Source of the DNA: Paramoeba atlantica
Taxonomy: Eukaryota; Protista; Discosea
Assembly: GCA_977017575.1 (NCBI GenBank)
Contig: CDRNVI010000170.1
Coordinates: 124,001 to 188,000, forward strand
Direction: 5' to 3'
DNA: 64,000 bases
This document shows positions 62,273-64,000 of this stretch, piece by piece. The notes below the pieces were generated by a model. It was not told the origin of the DNA. It ran no database searches and saw only the letters and a list, made by a program, of their open reading frames with translations. The position numbers were made by a program, and so were the translations under genes. How positions within the stretch are numbered: the first letter of the stretch is position 1; every line of letters begins with the position of its first letter.

Positions 62273-64000
62273 TTGTGAATTCTATGATCACGAGTTGTGC
62301 TATCCTGAAGCGCCTCATCTTCCTCTTTCGAATGGTGCTAGTCCCATCTGAATCTGACAACTACACACCGAGATATTGATCAATCATTGAATTGTGCCTT
62401 CAAGAATACCTTTGCCCTATTTCAGACCCAATTTGATTGCATAGTTTATTCTCCATATTCTGATCTTTCAGCCCGTGAATTTATTTGTGCTGACGTCATC
62501 TGTTGTTCCCTTCCTTAAACTTGTTGTGTCTTTGTGTCTCTTATGTGTGCTTTTATTTGTGTGTGTTTCTCTGCTTTTGCACTTGGTGTCACATTGACAA
62601 ATATGTGATTGAAACCTGTTCGTAAATAAACGCGTGAGAGACTTTGTTTTTTTCTCACGTTCCCGGCTCTCGCCATGGAATGAAGTTTGCACCTTTCTTT
62701 TCTTTTCTCAGCAATCTTCTTCCACCAAACCCCGCCACTTGACAATCCCCGTTTGTTCTTCAAGATGCTGAATCAGGCGGTCTGAAGCCTCTCCATCTCC
62801 TCCTTGGTGTGTTGTCATGTGGTCCGAATTATGAACTGGTGAATTGGGAAAAATGAAAGTGATTTGGTTGATGTGACGTGTTTTTATTGGTTGTTTCACT
62901 GAAAGAGTTTGTTCGCCGAAGTCGGCTTGATGAAAAGTTGCTAGAATTATCAACCAATAAAAACACCTTTATGACTTACCATGCTTTTTTTTCAACCATT
63001 GAAATTATTTTTTCAATGGTCAATGTTTTTCTTGGTTTTTTTTGACAGTTGAAATTTTGATTGACTTTTTTCTTTTGATGGTTGAAATTTTTGATGTTTT
63101 TTTTGATTGTCAAAGTTATTTTTTCAATGGTTGATGTTTTTCTTGGTTTTTTTTCAATGGTCAAAAGTTTGGACAATGGAAAAAGATCAAGTTGAGGCTG
63201 TTTGTGAGCTGAGGTGGGCAATGACATCAGCTAACTTTCAGGGTGTTGAAACCTCTCCAGCAGTCTGATTCAAACCCACAAATCACCCTGACTGCAAGTG
63301 CAGCAGCTTGAGCCCACCCCTGTGTGTATTTGGTTTGCTGATTTTCAAGCTCAGTTCAGACAACAAGTCCCTTTTTTCATTTCTGTAACAGGTCATGGTA
63401 TGGTTTGCATTTTCATGGAGAGCCATCCTCTGTCCATTTTCAGAAAGAATTAGGGGCCCCTTTGGTTTGGTGGAACCTTTGGGTCACTTGTCTTCACACA
63501 AACTACAATCAACTTCAACAGGTAGGTAAGTATTCCTCTTTTTGGTGAAGTTGTTGATCATGGAGGTGGACCCCATCACCATATCCTCTCCCTTTCTCTC
63601 TCAAGAACAAAGTGAATTAAAATTTGGGTCTTTGGTTTGTACATGAGTAACAAGCACTACTCAAAAGATGTCTGGCTCTCTCTCTTCTTTGTCTGAATTG
63701 ATCTTGCTACCTCTCAGCTCTGAATTGCTGAAGAAGTGATTCAGTTGTTCTTCTTGATTACAAATAAAGACAATGATACCTGATGTCATCAGATTGTCCA
63801 CCACTTTGGTGTTGGACCGTTTGGTGAATGTCCTTCCTATTATTATCAACCTGAACACATCTGTTGTTTATTTGTTTGATTAGCAATCACACTTCCCAAT
63901 AAAATCACTTGTGTCCAGGTTCCTTTGCTCTCTTCCCCTGTTTGGAACTAGGAGCATCCACCGCATCCGATTTTTGAGAAAACGCGAATTTTAAAAATAA

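Larger units (their letters stand above)
58064..62987 (-). mobile_element. DIRS-1-type YR retrotransposon (ITRs plus internal complementary region), ~4.9 kb
   Basis: ITRs 58101-58236 and 62853-62987; 3' extension 58064-58100; ICR 58280-58355 reproduces the circle junction ccatgctt-tgttaaca. Confidence 0.93.

Overview
AT-rich, low-complexity DNA from a microbial eukaryote. The rDNA looks amoebozoan and, from memory, Paramoeba/Neoparamoeba-like; this needs a BLAST check. The window holds one complete minus-strand rDNA unit (18S-ITS1-5.8S-ITS2-28S, ~18.0-24.9 kb), one 5S gene and 14 tRNA genes that all carry different anticodons. These sit among many transposons: a truncated Ty3/gypsy at the left edge, a piggyBac-like element, two Crypton-like recombinase remnants, two compact 1.1-1.2 kb PHIS/IS5-like elements, a chromodomain gypsy element with both LTRs nested in a MITE, and two adjacent full-length tyrosine-recombinase (YR) retrotransposons of different architecture. 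The strongest leads are four. (1) The split-direct-repeat YR family has its 3' end 9 and 13 bp upstream of tRNA genes in both informative copies, suggesting tRNA targeting. (2) The DIRS-type element has a flipped hairpin segment in its terminal repeats. (3) All 13 substitutions counted across five paired TE repeats fall at CpG. (4) An empty-site paralog in the window supports a 3-bp TSD for one IS-sized element. Most short ORFs in the track are artefacts of purine/pyrimidine tracts. All coordinates and alignments were read by eye.
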